NCBI GenBank assembly: GCA_032718475.1
Contig: JAUCBJ010009015.1
Location: 1 to 58,475, forward strand
Length of the DNA: 58,475 nt
DNA from: Nemertoderma westbladi
Lineage: Eukaryota > Animalia > Xenacoelomorpha
Direction of reading: 5' to 3'
The notes beneath the pieces were generated by a model. The model saw only the letters and a program-made list of their open reading frames with translations. It did not search any database and was not told the DNA's origin. The translations under genes and the position numbers were made by a program. Positions 1 through 11,705 of this stretch are shown piece after piece (position 1 is the stretch's first letter; each line of letters begins with the position of its first letter).

Positions 1-1
1 T

Positions 2-805
2 CTTGCGGTTTGCCCTCAATTTATGACTCAATGTCATCATTGTCAATTAAAAGGACACGCCAGCTTTGATTGTCCCTTTAACCATGATTTAGAGAGCGTA
101 GATGAAATGATTGTACTACGTTATATCAGAGCTTGGGAAGCGAACGCTGATTTACATTGTGACTCACGCCATCGCTATTATCCCGGACGCGCCTACGAAG
201 GAGTTTATGCGTTCCATCCATATTTGTTTGCCTCCGTCGAACAGAAATCGCGCCTATCAAGTTATGAACTATTGAAGCGCGTTGGAGAATGTATTTCAAC
301 CAAATATGTACGTAAATTTCTCAGAAGCATTAATCCGAGTGACATCCAGTCTTACAACTTAATAAACTTTATCCGTCAAGACCCTGCCTATGGAGACTTA
401 TTCGCCAACTCACACCCTGAGTTACAAGAAGTATATCGACGGCCTTACGAGTATCGAGCCCGCGAACGCGAGTTGGAAAGAACCATTAAACCAAGGAAGT
501 TTCTAACTGCCTATGGTCCACCCACGGCCCTCGTTCAGACCACTCGTAAAGGACCCGTAAGAGCGGCTGTCTTGAAACGAGCTCTCAAAGCCGTTAGACC
601 CCTCTCCCCGGACGTTGATGTCAATCAACCCAGTACTTCGACCGGCGGATATACCGATCGCAATCCCATACCTTCTGATGCAATCATATTGCACCCTTCA
701 CCCAGGAGTTATAGCCCTCCTCGTAAAGTGGCTCGCCCCAAAGAGAAAAGGACTCTTGCTAGCTTTAAAAAGCTGCGTAAACGCCGTCCGCGCAAGAAAG
801 ACTAA
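2..805 (+). CDS. C-terminal part of accessory ORF3 (CCHC knuckle, WE..AD motif, basic tail); runs off the left edge
   Basis: The frame is open from position 2: LAVCPQFMTQCHHCQLKGHASFDC...WEANADLH...KKLRKRRPRKKD. It aligns with ORF3 of element B (CTVFISQCGYCGVKGHRSARC...WESVADYH). Confidence 0.85.
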   Translation, partial: LAVCPQFMTQCHHCQLKGHASFDCPFNHDLESVDEMIVLRYIRAWEANADLHCDSRHRYYPGRAYEGVYAFHPYLFASVEQKSRLSSYELLKRVGECISTKYVRKFLRSINPSDIQSYNLINFIRQDPAYGDLFANSHPELQEVYRRPYEYRARERELERTIKPRKFLTAYGPPTALVQTTRKGPVRAAVLKRALKAVRPLSPDVDVNQPSTSTGGYTDRNPIPSDAIILHPSPRSYSPPRKVARPKEKRTLASFKKLRKRRPRKKD

Positions 806-883
806 CTGTTTAGAGTATTTTTATATTTTAGAAACTGTGATTTGGTATATTTTATAGACTTAAATCCCATTTTCTGGGAGCGG

Positions 884-2129
884 TGTAAAAGCTTTTGTGG
901 GATAACTGATACGTTTGCCTTTGCTGGCCAGTTCTCCCCCAGGCGCTGGAATACTCTAAAAAGGTTTTCTAACTGTATATATATTCCCCTCGCCCGCAAG
1001 GTACCTTTACAGGTGTTTTAACGGACATAAAAATCATTCTGCTATATACGTGTTTTGGCGGACATGGTAAGGCAAAAAACTTGTAATGCACCAACTACCT
1101 TTCACAGCTTAGCCGTGATGATTCATATTACGACATCTAGCAGCTGGTTGCTGACATGGAAACAGCCATTGGACGCGTGGTTCTTTGTTTGGCTTGGGCC
1201 AATCAGGGCGGTTTTTCCTGTCGACGTGTAGCTTTTCTGCCGATCATAAGGAGAGTGTTCTGTCTTACTGTTTTTTCTTGATACTTTGTTGTTATTGCTG
1301 TCTAAGCCAGAAACACCGGCCTTTTAGTAAGAACTATAGTAAACTGCTTGAATTATCGAAAGTATAAACTGTTACCTGACTTAAATCACTCATCTCACCT
1401 TGATACTTTACTTACTTAATTTAATTGCATTAATCATATTGTTTGTACTGTTATTTTACCGTCAGTTATTAATTGTACCTATTTGTTGATGGAAATATTG
1501 CTATTTGGATAATACGGATAAATCACCCAATTCCCAATTTTCTTGATAACACTACAGGTTAGAGAGACCGGCTATACATAACAATTGCGATTTATATTAA
1601 TGTGGTGTGTATTGAATCCAATGTTATTTAGCAGACCCTACGTGAGTCAATTACTGCTCTCTTTATGTGTGATCAAATGTACTGACTGTCGGCAGAATAG
1701 TGTGTATGATCGTGATTGGTAACAAAGTATTTCCTAAAGAATACGCTTTATACTTTAATCATAAGCAGTATCGTTGCGTTTTAGTATAAGTCTTAGTTCT
1801 GTTTAAATAGATAAAGCGCCACGTCCTAAAGGAACTGTTAATATTTCCCGAAAGCCAATAATATCTGTCAGAGATTAATTATTAACGATCTATCGAATAA
1901 TACATTAGGTATACACTGCAACCTTACACTGTAATAATACAATTCAAGCATCCGAATTCAGTCTCCCGGGTGTAGATCCATCGGGTGAATGATCGCGCAT
2001 GGGCTGACTTCGGCTAATGTTTTGCGTATTAGCATAAAATATTGTCGTATGCTAAAGTGGTTTTAATTAACTAAAAGACATATAAATTTTGGCAGGTTAA
2101 ACTGCTAAAGGTCTTCAAAAGCGCGAACA
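884..2129 (+). repeat. 3' LTR of element A (TGT...GAACA)
   Basis: Starts TGTAAAAG after the PPT-like tract and ends GCGCGAACA. The first ~80 bp and the last ~690 bp are homologous to the LTRs of element C; the middle is diverged. Confidence 0.85.
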
Positions 2130-2656
2130 GCGCCAGTGTGTTTGTGGAAGCAGTAAAAAATTATCGGTTGTTTAACTGCGAAGCTGAACTCAATTTATTA
2201 GTTAGGATATTTAGGTTTAGCCGGCCATGGTTTTTTGAATCGCTCAAGTTAGAGAGAGAGTTAGAGAGAGTCGCAACCCAAAGATGTAGCCACGCGCTAG
2301 TGGATACATATAATATTTGAAAATAAAATTGTGTTAATTAGAGCTGTATATGTAAAATTAGAAATATACGGGTGGCAAGTTTATTTTGAATATTTTGTAT
2401 TAGATTCAAAGTTATTTTGTGCTATACCGGTATTTAATTGCTATAGTAGCTATATAATAATATTTTGTTTAAATATTGTGCTAGTATTTGCTATAACTAT
2501 ACCCCATTAAATTCACAATATTGCATTGCGAATTTATTTTGACATTTTGGACCAACTGATTATTTGACAAATAATTTGACCGTATTTCGGTTAATTATAA
2601 TTATATCTCGAACTTTTGCGAGATATTTTTGCCGGAAGGCAAACATTATTTAGACT

Positions 2657-5600
2657 ATGAGTGTCTCAGACAAAGAGGCACTAGAGGACAGCTATGAGAC
2701 GGCGGCAGGACCGCCGACTGACGATAGCGTAAATATTACTGTTGATGACAATGCCGACTATGACGACGCAGCGAGCGACGCTGACGTAAGTGAACAGGAG
2801 GACGAAACAGTGACTAGTGAGGAAGAACAACAACCAGAGATAATAGTATTAGGATCCCCTACCACTACTGTAAGGAAGGACCGCACAGCAGCCCGGACAG
2901 AGGTGAGTGATAGGGAGGGTAGTGTAGCAGAAGCGAGAGCCCGGAGCCCGGTTTCCAGACCTGTGGGTATGGTAAGTGCCGTGGTCCCGACGGCTGTAAG
3001 GAGTACGCGTAGTTCCCGAAATAATCCTTCAAGTCCACCGAGTGTAAGTCAGGTAAGTGATAGAGAGTTCGACACTGCGATAAAGAAGAAACTTCGCGCG
3101 CATGCCGGACATATAACTCGGACGGCGGACAAGGTAAGGAAGATGTTAGCTGACTCAGCGAACATCGGGAGGGTAGAGTTAGTAGAGATTAGAAGAGGAT
3201 ATAACTCAGCGTTATTCAAGCAGACGGAGGAGCTTGCAGTCCTAGCGAAGAAGGCAGTAGAGTCTCAGTCGAGCGACGTGGCGACGAGGATTTACGACAG
3301 GGTTTTAGCAGCCTTGTTGGAGCACCGCGAGTTATCGGAGCGATTCCGACGAGTTAGGACGGAGAACTGGCTGCTATGGGCATCACAAGCGCAGGCGACT
3401 CAGGTGAGTGACGCAGAGTTGAGAGACTTAGTGGAGCGAGAAGAGATCCAGGATAAAGAGGAGCGCCGTTATCAGAGGGAAGTTACTAGCTGGCTGATGC
3501 AGAATGGAGTGGTGGTACCGGGTCAGGTGCTACCGACGACGGAGAACATTCAACAGAGGACGTTGACTCCACCCGACGACGCATCCAGAGACAGCGGCGA
3601 TTCCCAGGTTAGTCACGCGCGAGGTAAGGTTATATGTGCTAGATCCCTTGTTTCGCACAACTCGGCGGAGGAGAGAAGACGCCGACTGGACGAACAGCAG
3701 GCGGAAGTTTTGCGTGCATCGGAAGCACGGAAGGAAGCCGAGCGGGAACGCGAGCGCACACGTAAGTTAGACGCAAAGTTGCGAGAGTTGGAAGAGAAAG
3801 GTAAGCGCGAACAAGCGGAACGCGAACAGGAAGAACGCGAACTCCAACTCCAACGCGAACGCGAAGAACGCGAACTCCAACTCCAACGCGAACGCGAAGA
3901 ACGCGAACTCCAACTCGAACGCGAGCGCAAGGAGCGCGAACTTGAGCGCGAGAGGGAGCGACGGGCGTTGTATGAAGAGAAGGCGCGTGTGGAAGAAGAG
4001 GGCGCAGCACGACAAGCGAGGGAAGAAGAAGAACGTAAACTGGCGCAGTTGGAAAGTGCGAGATTAAGTTTAGAGAGCGAAGAACGGACTAGGAAGGCGA
4101 ACGAAATCGCCGAGAAGGGGATGCGAATGATCGAAGAATGTGGGGCGAGTGTAGGGACTGAGTTGCGAGAACTGTTCGCACTGCAGAAGGCCGAACAGGA
4201 AGCGAGAACTCCGACTATACGCAAGTCGACGACGACCAGAATTCCTATACCCGGTCCAGCTATTACGAGTACACGGATCGCTAAACCGTTCTCTACATAT
4301 CGCACGCCAGTTGGTATTAGTGCTTCACCTATCGCGCAAAATCCACGGCATCAGAACATCGCGCCACTACAGACCGAACACGACGATGAAGAGTTTAGAG
4401 AAACTCAGACGGGACGAGTACTTGGTGAACCGAACCCGCGGGTTTGGAATACGCGGACGGAGCGCCGACCCAGTTCGACGCGGAACTTCCGGGTTAAACC
4501 GGAAGAGGGATCATATGAGAGACAGCGGATTACTCAGATAGAGCCGACTATACAACAGAACCCTAGCCAGGAATTTATTACGAGGGATGAGTTAAGTGCT
4601 AGTTTAGCGCAAGCTATATCGCCGCACATCCAACCTATAACGGACATGCTTAGCAACCTAAGGTTAAAGGAAGCAGCCCAGGTAAGGAGTAATTCTAATC
4701 CTAGCAGGCCTGAGTTAGATAAAGTCCAGCCTAGTCAACGAGTACGCATATCGGAGGAGACTATACCACATAGACCTCAGGTAAGGACGCCTGTCCCGAA
4801 TATCCATAATCCCAATTTCGAAAATTCGGCGGAAAGATTTATTGAGGAAGCTTGGGTCAGGGCCTCGGCGCGCAAACCATCGCGAGCGCTAAGGACTGAC
4901 ACCGAGTCAAGCGATGAAGAGGAAGAAATGAGACGTCAGAAGTCCCGAAACTATAAGGAAAGAAGGACGGACGCGGAGCAGGTAAGTGTGAACCACCGGG
5001 AAAGGACCAGACTTAACAACCCTGCGGAACTAAACCATTTGTTAACCCGGAACGATGCAACCCTTAGGGACATAGGTAAGTTTGCTGCTAGGCAAGGACT
5101 GCCGACGCAACAACCCCAGAAGTTTATGGGCAACCATAAGCATTGGAGGACCTTCAAAACCTATGTCGACGAGCAGCTAACCAACAGCACCTTTACTCCC
5201 AACGAGAAGTTCAACTATTTGCTTCAGATGCTCCATCGAGAACCTAGAGCCATTGCTGACAACTTCGTTGGCAATGAAAGGGCATTTGAGTTGGCGATGA
5301 AGACGCTTAGCGACATCTACGGGAATAAAACCAAGATGGCACAGTCGATAGTAGAAGACTTGGGTAAGGGCGGAAGGATTACAACTCCGTTAGAGCTGTT
5401 GAACTTAGCGAACGCTATTTCGAACGCATTGGACATCTTGAGGACGGTGAATCTACCTCATCATGGTGATCACGCCGAAGTTTTAAAGAGCGTAATAAGA
5501 CGTCTAAACATGCGTTACCGACAGAAATGGCGCAAATTAGAAAATAAGTTGGAAGGTCAAGGTAAGGTGTTGACACTTCAGCATATTCATGACATGATAG

Positions 5601-7105
5601 CCACAGACGCAGTAGCAGAGATGAAATCAAACTTCTCAGAAGAGAATATGAGAGAGTCTAAACCTGTTACCGGTAAGTCTATGGTAAGTTTTGACGATGA
5701 CAGGACCACTGTGACATTTAACTCAGTAGACAGATATAATTCGAGTACCCCAGCCTTTAGATCAGACTCGCGAGTATGGTCAGGTGAGCGGTTAGATAGA
5801 CCTAGGTTAAAGCAACAGGAGTTGCCGGATGGATTTGTAGGTTGCCAATACTGTTTTCTAAAGGAGGTAAGATCTGACGACCATAAGTTAGATAGTTGCA
5901 GACGGTTCAAAGAATTAAATTCGGAACAGAGAAGAGTTCAAGTGCGGACGTTGGACACCTGTTGGGCTTGTCTTGCGCCAGGACATGTACGGCGGCAGTG
6001 CCCGAACAGCAAGGACGGATGCATGGAATGCGGCAGACTACATCACAAGTTGCTACATGCGGATTTCCATACCCCAACGGACCGTTACTTACAGCGAAAT
6101 CCTCACAGGAAGGGGAGCAAAGAACCCGTATCGATAAGGAGGAATACGTACACTGGCATCCAGGACGATGGTTACCAACCAGGTTCGTCGGATGAGGATA
6201 GCGAGTCGGGCGCGAGAGAAGTGACCTGCCAAGGTTTCACCGCGGATAGTTCATCGACCAGCGCGCGGACGTATTTATCATCGGCCACGTCGGAAATATT
6301 CAGCGTGATTCCGGTGAAACTTACTGGCGATAAGGGATCGAAGCGGATATATGTGATGTTGGACACTGCGTCCACATTATCGTATATCGACGAGGAAGTG
6401 GCGAGAGCTGTTTCTAGCTTCCAGGACGCCGAGGAGATCCAAATAGAGTTGAAGTCTATGCACGGGGTAGGAGACCTCAAGGGACACAGAATTTCGGTAG
6501 AACTAGATTCCCTACTTCCGAGAGACCAACACACTCGACAAGAACGGAAAGCTTTGCCATTGGACGGATTTAAGTGTCTAGCTATGAAGGGATTCGGCAG
6601 GCAGTTAGGTAAGGTGCCGCCGATGAGTCCCATAGCACAGGAGTATTTTGACAAGCTCAGGATACCGAGACACCAGGTAGGTTATAGGAATGTTTCTATG
6701 TTGATTGGTGCAGAACAGCTGATCGCACACCAAATATGGGAAACGAGACCAGCTGAGCCGCATGTCAATGGACCACATGCCCATAGGACTATATTAGGTT
6801 GGTATACACGAGTACCCATGTCTTATGAGTTTACAAGTGGCGACAAGCCAATAGACAGATACGACGGATTACAGCCTATAACTGAACCACCGTTAGTAGT
6901 ACCACCAGACATAGACGAGTTTAGGAGAACCTGTATTGACCACTATAGTGACTTTAGCGAGTCGGACGAGGAGTTGATTCCCGATAATGTTAGGTTGTCG
7001 GAACCACTTCACAATGACCGGACAGATAGTGAACCCGAGGACTACTGTTATCAGACCCGTGGGTCTGGTTCAGCAGCCCACGCTACTTATCTGAGTAATG
7101 TTTGA
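2657..7105 (+). CDS. gag: BEL/Pao Gag plus aspartic protease (1482 aa, uninterrupted)
   Basis: Coiled-coil E/R repeats; DUF1759-like FMGNHKHWRTFK...EKFNYLLQML; Pao triple knuckle CQYC..H..C, CWACLAPGHVRRQC, CMECGRLHHKLLH; protease MLDTASTLSYI. Confidence 0.92.
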   Translation: MSVSDKEALEDSYETAAGPPTDDSVNITVDDNADYDDAASDADVSEQEDETVTSEEEQQPEIIVLGSPTTTVRKDRTAARTEVSDREGSVAEARARSPVSRPVGMVSAVVPTAVRSTRSSRNNPSSPPSVSQVSDREFDTAIKKKLRAHAGHITRTADKVRKMLADSANIGRVELVEIRRGYNSALFKQTEELAVLAKKAVESQSSDVATRIYDRVLAALLEHRELSERFRRVRTENWLLWASQAQATQVSDAELRDLVEREEIQDKEERRYQREVTSWLMQNGVVVPGQVLPTTENIQQRTLTPPDDASRDSGDSQVSHARGKVICARSLVSHNSAEERRRRLDEQQAEVLRASEARKEAERERERTRKLDAKLRELEEKGKREQAEREQEERELQLQREREERELQLQREREERELQLERERKERELERERERRALYEEKARVEEEGAARQAREEEERKLAQLESARLSLESEERTRKANEIAEKGMRMIEECGASVGTELRELFALQKAEQEARTPTIRKSTTTRIPIPGPAITSTRIAKPFSTYRTPVGISASPIAQNPRHQNIAPLQTEHDDEEFRETQTGRVLGEPNPRVWNTRTERRPSSTRNFRVKPEEGSYERQRITQIEPTIQQNPSQEFITRDELSASLAQAISPHIQPITDMLSNLRLKEAAQVRSNSNPSRPELDKVQPSQRVRISEETIPHRPQVRTPVPNIHNPNFENSAERFIEEAWVRASARKPSRALRTDTESSDEEEEMRRQKSRNYKERRTDAEQVSVNHRERTRLNNPAELNHLLTRNDATLRDIGKFAARQGLPTQQPQKFMGNHKHWRTFKTYVDEQLTNSTFTPNEKFNYLLQMLHREPRAIADNFVGNERAFELAMKTLSDIYGNKTKMAQSIVEDLGKGGRITTPLELLNLANAISNALDILRTVNLPHHGDHAEVLKSVIRRLNMRYRQKWRKLENKLEGQGKVLTLQHIHDMIATDAVAEMKSNFSEENMRESKPVTGKSMVSFDDDRTTVTFNSVDRYNSSTPAFRSDSRVWSGERLDRPRLKQQELPDGFVGCQYCFLKEVRSDDHKLDSCRRFKELNSEQRRVQVRTLDTCWACLAPGHVRRQCPNSKDGCMECGRLHHKLLHADFHTPTDRYLQRNPHRKGSKEPVSIRRNTYTGIQDDGYQPGSSDEDSESGAREVTCQGFTADSSSTSARTYLSSATSEIFSVIPVKLTGDKGSKRIYVMLDTASTLSYIDEEVARAVSSFQDAEEIQIELKSMHGVGDLKGHRISVELDSLLPRDQHTRQERKALPLDGFKCLAMKGFGRQLGKVPPMSPIAQEYFDKLRIPRHQVGYRNVSMLIGAEQLIAHQIWETRPAEPHVNGPHAHRTILGWYTRVPMSYEFTSGDKPIDRYDGLQPITEPPLVVPPDIDEFRRTCIDHYSDFSESDEELIPDNVRLSEPLHNDRTDSEPEDYCYQTRGSGSAAHATYLSNV
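3829..3960 (+). repeat. 33-bp in-frame tandem repeat (EERELQLQRER x~3) in gag
   Basis: gaagaacgcgaactccaactccaacgcgaacgc is repeated directly. Confidence 0.85.
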
Positions 7106-10100
7106 CTTATACAGACATAGTGGAGGGTCAAGTGGCTAAATATCGAGACCTAGACATTTTCCAATACAGTGAGGAGGAATTACAGAAGGAATTGATACGC
7201 CAAGACCTCGAGACAGGAGCCAGAACCGTCGAATGGCTGGATAGGGACGCAATGGAACCCGGTGGATATGACCTAGCCATGTCTACTGATGAGAAACGGT
7301 CGCTGGAGATGATGGAAGATACCATACGTCTACTACCGACTGGACATTTTGAAGTTGGAATGTTGTGGCGTCGACAACCACCTAAGTTGGAGAACAACTA
7401 CAACTTAGCCTTGAAAAGATTAAACGGAGTAAGGGCTCGGTTGTTGAAAAATCCGGACATTAGGGAGAAGTATTGCGCCCAGATCAACAACTATTTCGCC
7501 AAGGGATTTGCTGGGAAGGTAGAGGACCCTGATTTGGTGACAGACCAGACTTATTACCTTCCACACCACTATGTGACTCACCCTGACAAACCAGACAAAG
7601 TCCGAGTAGTCAACGACTGCGCAGCAGTCTATAGAGGTATGTCCCTGAATTCAGAGTTGATGGACGGACCCAACCTGAACAATTATTTGATTGGAATACT
7701 GTTGCGTTTTAGACAGCGGCGATTCGCATTTACTTGTGACATCGAGGCGATGTTCCACCAGGTAAGAGCCTGTAAGGCAGACCAGGATAGCCTTCGCTTT
7801 CTCTGGTATGAGAATGAAGACTTATCCGGCCCAGTGGTTACATACCAGATGTACGTTAGGATATTTGGCGCCCGCGATAGTCCAAACGGCACGCTGTTTG
7901 TTCTAAAGAAAACGGCAACAGCCCAGATTGGTAAGTATCCAGTAGAGGTAATCGAGTCTATATTGAGAAACTTCTATATGGACGACGGATTGGTGTCTAA
8001 GGACACAGCGGAACAAGCCATAGAAGTGGCTCACGGCCTACAGGAGTGCTTGGCTACAGGGGGTTTTCCTCTAACCAAGTTCACTACAAACTCGGAGGCC
8101 CTATTAGAATTGTTCCCGGTGAAAGATCGCGGGAGCGGAGACATTGAATTGGGGGTAGAACCAATCCCCATGGCGCGAGGCGAGTACTGGGACTCGCTTG
8201 GAATCCGAACTCGGATAAATTCCAGGTAAGAGTTAGTAGCCCAGACAAAGTTTTGACTAAGAGAATTTGCTTATCGACTTTGAGTAGACTATTTGACCCG
8301 ATGAACTTTATCAGTCCGGTAATATTACAGGCACGAGCATGCATGAGGAAAATTTGGTTGTCCGACCTGGAGTGGGACGAACCAATATCTCCTATACATG
8401 CAAAGCAGTGGAGAGAGTGGGAAGCCGAGTTGCATCTATTGAAAAATATAGATGTGCCCCGATCCTACTTTCCGAATCAGCTGGTATTTCCAGCTGATCT
8501 CGAACTCCACCTATTTAGTGACGCAAGTGACACCGGCTTTGGTATGGTAGCCTACCTTCGCCGAGAGGTGAGTCAGGATAAATTTGAGACGGCTTTTGTG
8601 ACTTCTAGATCGAAGACAATGCCGGTCAAATACATGACTGTCCCTCGTGCAGAGTTACAGGCGGCTGTAGTTTCAGTCGAGGTAAGTAAGCAGATAATTG
8701 AGGAGTTAGACACGACATTGACCTTATTCTATTGGACGGACGCATCCTTGGTGTTAGTATACATTGCGGCCGACAATATTGCACTAAAGACATTTGTGGC
8801 CAATAGACGCGCTCAGATCGTTGACTTTTCGACGAAGGAACAATGGAGACATTGTCCGGGAGTGTTGAACCCGGCCGACATAACTTCGAGAGGTGCAATG
8901 CCGGCGGAATTCTGTCAGGAAGAGTCGCAGGAGTTTTGGTTGCATGGACCTGATTTTCTAACGAGGACACAGGAACATTGGCCAGAGCGACTAAAGATAG
9001 TGACCAATCCGATGCCTGAAGATGCAGAAGTCAAAGTGGAGAAAGTCTCTAAGTCGAAGTCTAAAGCCAAACTTAAGTCATTGGAGCGGCCTGAAGAGTC
9101 ATTGGAGCGGCCTGAAGAGTCATAGGAGCGGCCCGGAGACCTGTCAGACCAACAGACTTACGTGACTACTAGGTCCGGAAGGGTAAGTTATGACATAAAA
9201 CCACCCTTACAGACTAAACCAGAGTCACAATTGGTAAGTGACGGACAGAAAATGACCGACACAATGGAGCCTTTGGTTTCCAAACCTGCGGGTTTGGATT
9301 CGAAACTTCCATTAGTTAGCGGACAACCGTCACTGGCATTAGAGTCATGCAGTGTTTATGACAAATTACTAAATTCGTCTGCCTCTTGGCTGACAATTTG
9401 TAAAAGAACTGCGTGGTTAAGCCGATACATTTTGTACCTTTGTTTAAAACATTCGAAACATTTGAGAGAACAAACGAGCGCTAATAGCGAGCGAATTCAG
9501 AAATTGAAACAACCTCTGACAGAGGATGAGATTGATCAAGCGGAATTAAAGCATTTGAAGCATTATCAAATGTGTGCCTTCCCTAAAGAATTCCATCTAT
9601 TATCGGCTCAACGACCAGTTCTCTATAAACCCCTTAGAAAATGGAGTCCATTAATCCATAAGGGTTTAATTTGTCATAGATCGAGAATCCAGACTGTCGA
9701 CATTAACTCACAGTTTCGATTCCCAGTGATAATCCCTAATTGCAAAGAGCGATTCTATGGGATATACACAAGAGGTTGCATCACGCGGGAAAGTTACACT
9801 GTTTGTCGGCAGCGAGACAGCGATTCATTCTATTGCAGCCAAGCAGGGCAGTCGGCACTATGTATGACGCCTGTCTGGTTTGCAAGAGAGTGAACGCCAG
9901 AGTATTGGAACAGGAGATGGCTGAACTCCCGGAAGCGAGAGTGCAGGCATATGACCCACCTTTTACGAACACAGGGGTGGATTGTTTTGGTCCGATTGAA
10001 GCAAAGAGTGGACGGCTGACCCACAAACGATGGGGCCTGCTACTGACATGTATGGCTAGTAGAGCCATACACATTGAGCGTGTGGCAGACATGTCGACCA

Positions 10101-10931
10101 AATCTCTGCTCCTGGCCTTAAAGAGATTTATGGCCAGGAGAGGACTAGTAAAGGCGTTTTACTCTGACAAGGGTACAAACTTTGTCGGAGGGAATAGCGA
10201 GTTGAACGCGGCTCATAAAGCGGCACAGAATAAGGAAATTTCTGCAGCACTTTTGCCGCAACGAGTAGAATGGAGATTTAATACTCCAGAAAGTCCTTGG
10301 AGAGGAGGAAGTTGGGAGCGTTTAGTTCGCTCTGTAAAACAGGCCATTGCCAAAACATTGCCTGTGAACAAACAACTTACCGACGACGAACTGGTCACAG
10401 CTTTCATTGAAATCGAGCATACCCTAAACTCGAGGCCGATAGCTATGTTGCCAGACGGTGTTGCATTAACGCCGAATCATTTGCTAATGCAGAGTCCAGC
10501 ATTTCTTGTGCCGGCATCAGAACCCGTTAGTGCCGACCTATATAGTGACACAGTATAAAATGACACAGTTTATAGCGTACACATTCTGGGAATATTGGCG
10601 GGAATACTATCTTCCCACCATATCCACCAGAACAAAGTGGTACAAAACGGTTCGGAGTCTCCAAAGGAGAGACTACGTATTGATAACCGAACCGATTGTC
10701 AAGAGAAAGTATTGGGAGACGGGAGTGATCTTGCACACACACCCAGACGTGCAAAACATAGTGCGCACAGTCACTGTGAAAATTAGGTGCAAGTGTCCGC
10801 ACCCAAAAAAGTGTAAAAAGTGAAGTGGTTTACACACCTTGGACCGACCGGTCCAAGATATTGTGTTATTAGAGGAGACACGTATCAAGACGGGAGATTA
10901 TAATTTGTCTCCTGCCTCAAAACAGAATTAG
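7102..10931 (+). pseudogene. pol: BEL/Pao pol (RT-RNase H-integrase) with frameshifts and stops
   Basis: RT: YYLPHH, KVRVVNDCAA, CDIEAMFHQV, FYMDDG. RNase H: LHLFSDAS, PRAEL, YWTDAS, NPAD. Integrase: H..HHAG..CLVC, GVDCFGP, YSDKGTNF, GGSWERLV, tail LDRPVQDIVLLE. Breaks at ~7102, ~8175, 9123 (TAG), ~9740, ~10548 and 10821 (TGA). Confidence 0.92.
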
Positions 10932-11705
10932 TGTTAGACGCAACTCACTTCGTATGCATTCCTCGTATGCAAATACAAGGAAATGCATAGGAGCGGGGTT
11001 GTGGTGATTTGCGCTGAGTTTTGTCTGGTGGGTATCAAAAACAAAATTTTATTTTCAAAATTTTTGGAAAATTTAAAATTTTAAAAAATTAGAAGTGAAC
11101 CCATGACAATTCCAGACGCTGTGTATAGACGCGTTTTAGAATTCGTCTATAGATAAACAGTAATTTGAAAAGTCGTGAAGCCTGGAAAATAGCATTTAGA
11201 AACCATGGTGACGGCTATATTACGTAGGAGTGTAAATTGAGTTTAGCAACTTCCACAGATTGGTGCCAACAGTGCAACTAAGGTGCTAAAGGTTAGTAGC
11301 ACCAGAGGCGTACATGGACCCCACTCAGTAGTTTGCAGGATGTGTGATATTCGATTATCAAACCTGTGGGTTTGGTATAGTCGAGTATTGTGGCTATGGT
11401 CCTTTCTAACTACTGTAGTTTAGTACGAGTAATGGGAGTAGTTTGGGCATCAAAAAGTGAGTTGGTCACGGCCAGTTTATCTCCAAAGTTTTGCGCTATG
11501 CATGGGAATAGGTTAGAGGATAGTTAGTTAGGAAGAGACGGGATCTAGAGAGTCGAACCTGAACTGCTGGAAAGCGGGGGGGGGGGGGGGGGGGGGGGGG
11601 TTCGGGAGGTCTGTCTTTCGGCGACATCTAACTGATTTACCCACAGTGTAATTGGTTACGTAACGGCACTTATTGGGATATATATATGTATATACGCGAG
11701 GCATA

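Larger units (their letters stand above)
1..2129 (+). mobile_element. Element A: 3' end of a BEL/Pao-like LTR retrotransposon (same family as element C)
   Basis: ~660-883 is highly similar to 43755-43977 of element C. It is followed by PPT-like CTGGGAGCGG and an LTR starting TGTAAAAGCTTTTGTGGGAT, as in element C. Confidence 0.85.

Noticed and set aside
3613-4305. Antisense ORFs over gag (also 37088-37481) and plus-strand ORFs at 28500-29506
   Set aside because: They are shadows of repetitive or GC-rich coding sequence on the opposite strand and carry no motifs.
7090-7110. Programmed -1 frameshift between protease and RT
   Set aside because: No XXXYYYZ slippery heptamer. BEL/Pao elements usually have one polyprotein, and pol has other lesions, so a mutation is at least as likely.
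9077-9135. Readthrough stop at 9123
   Set aside because: The TAG is a TTG-to-TAG change in the third copy of a 21-bp tandem repeat, so a point mutation.
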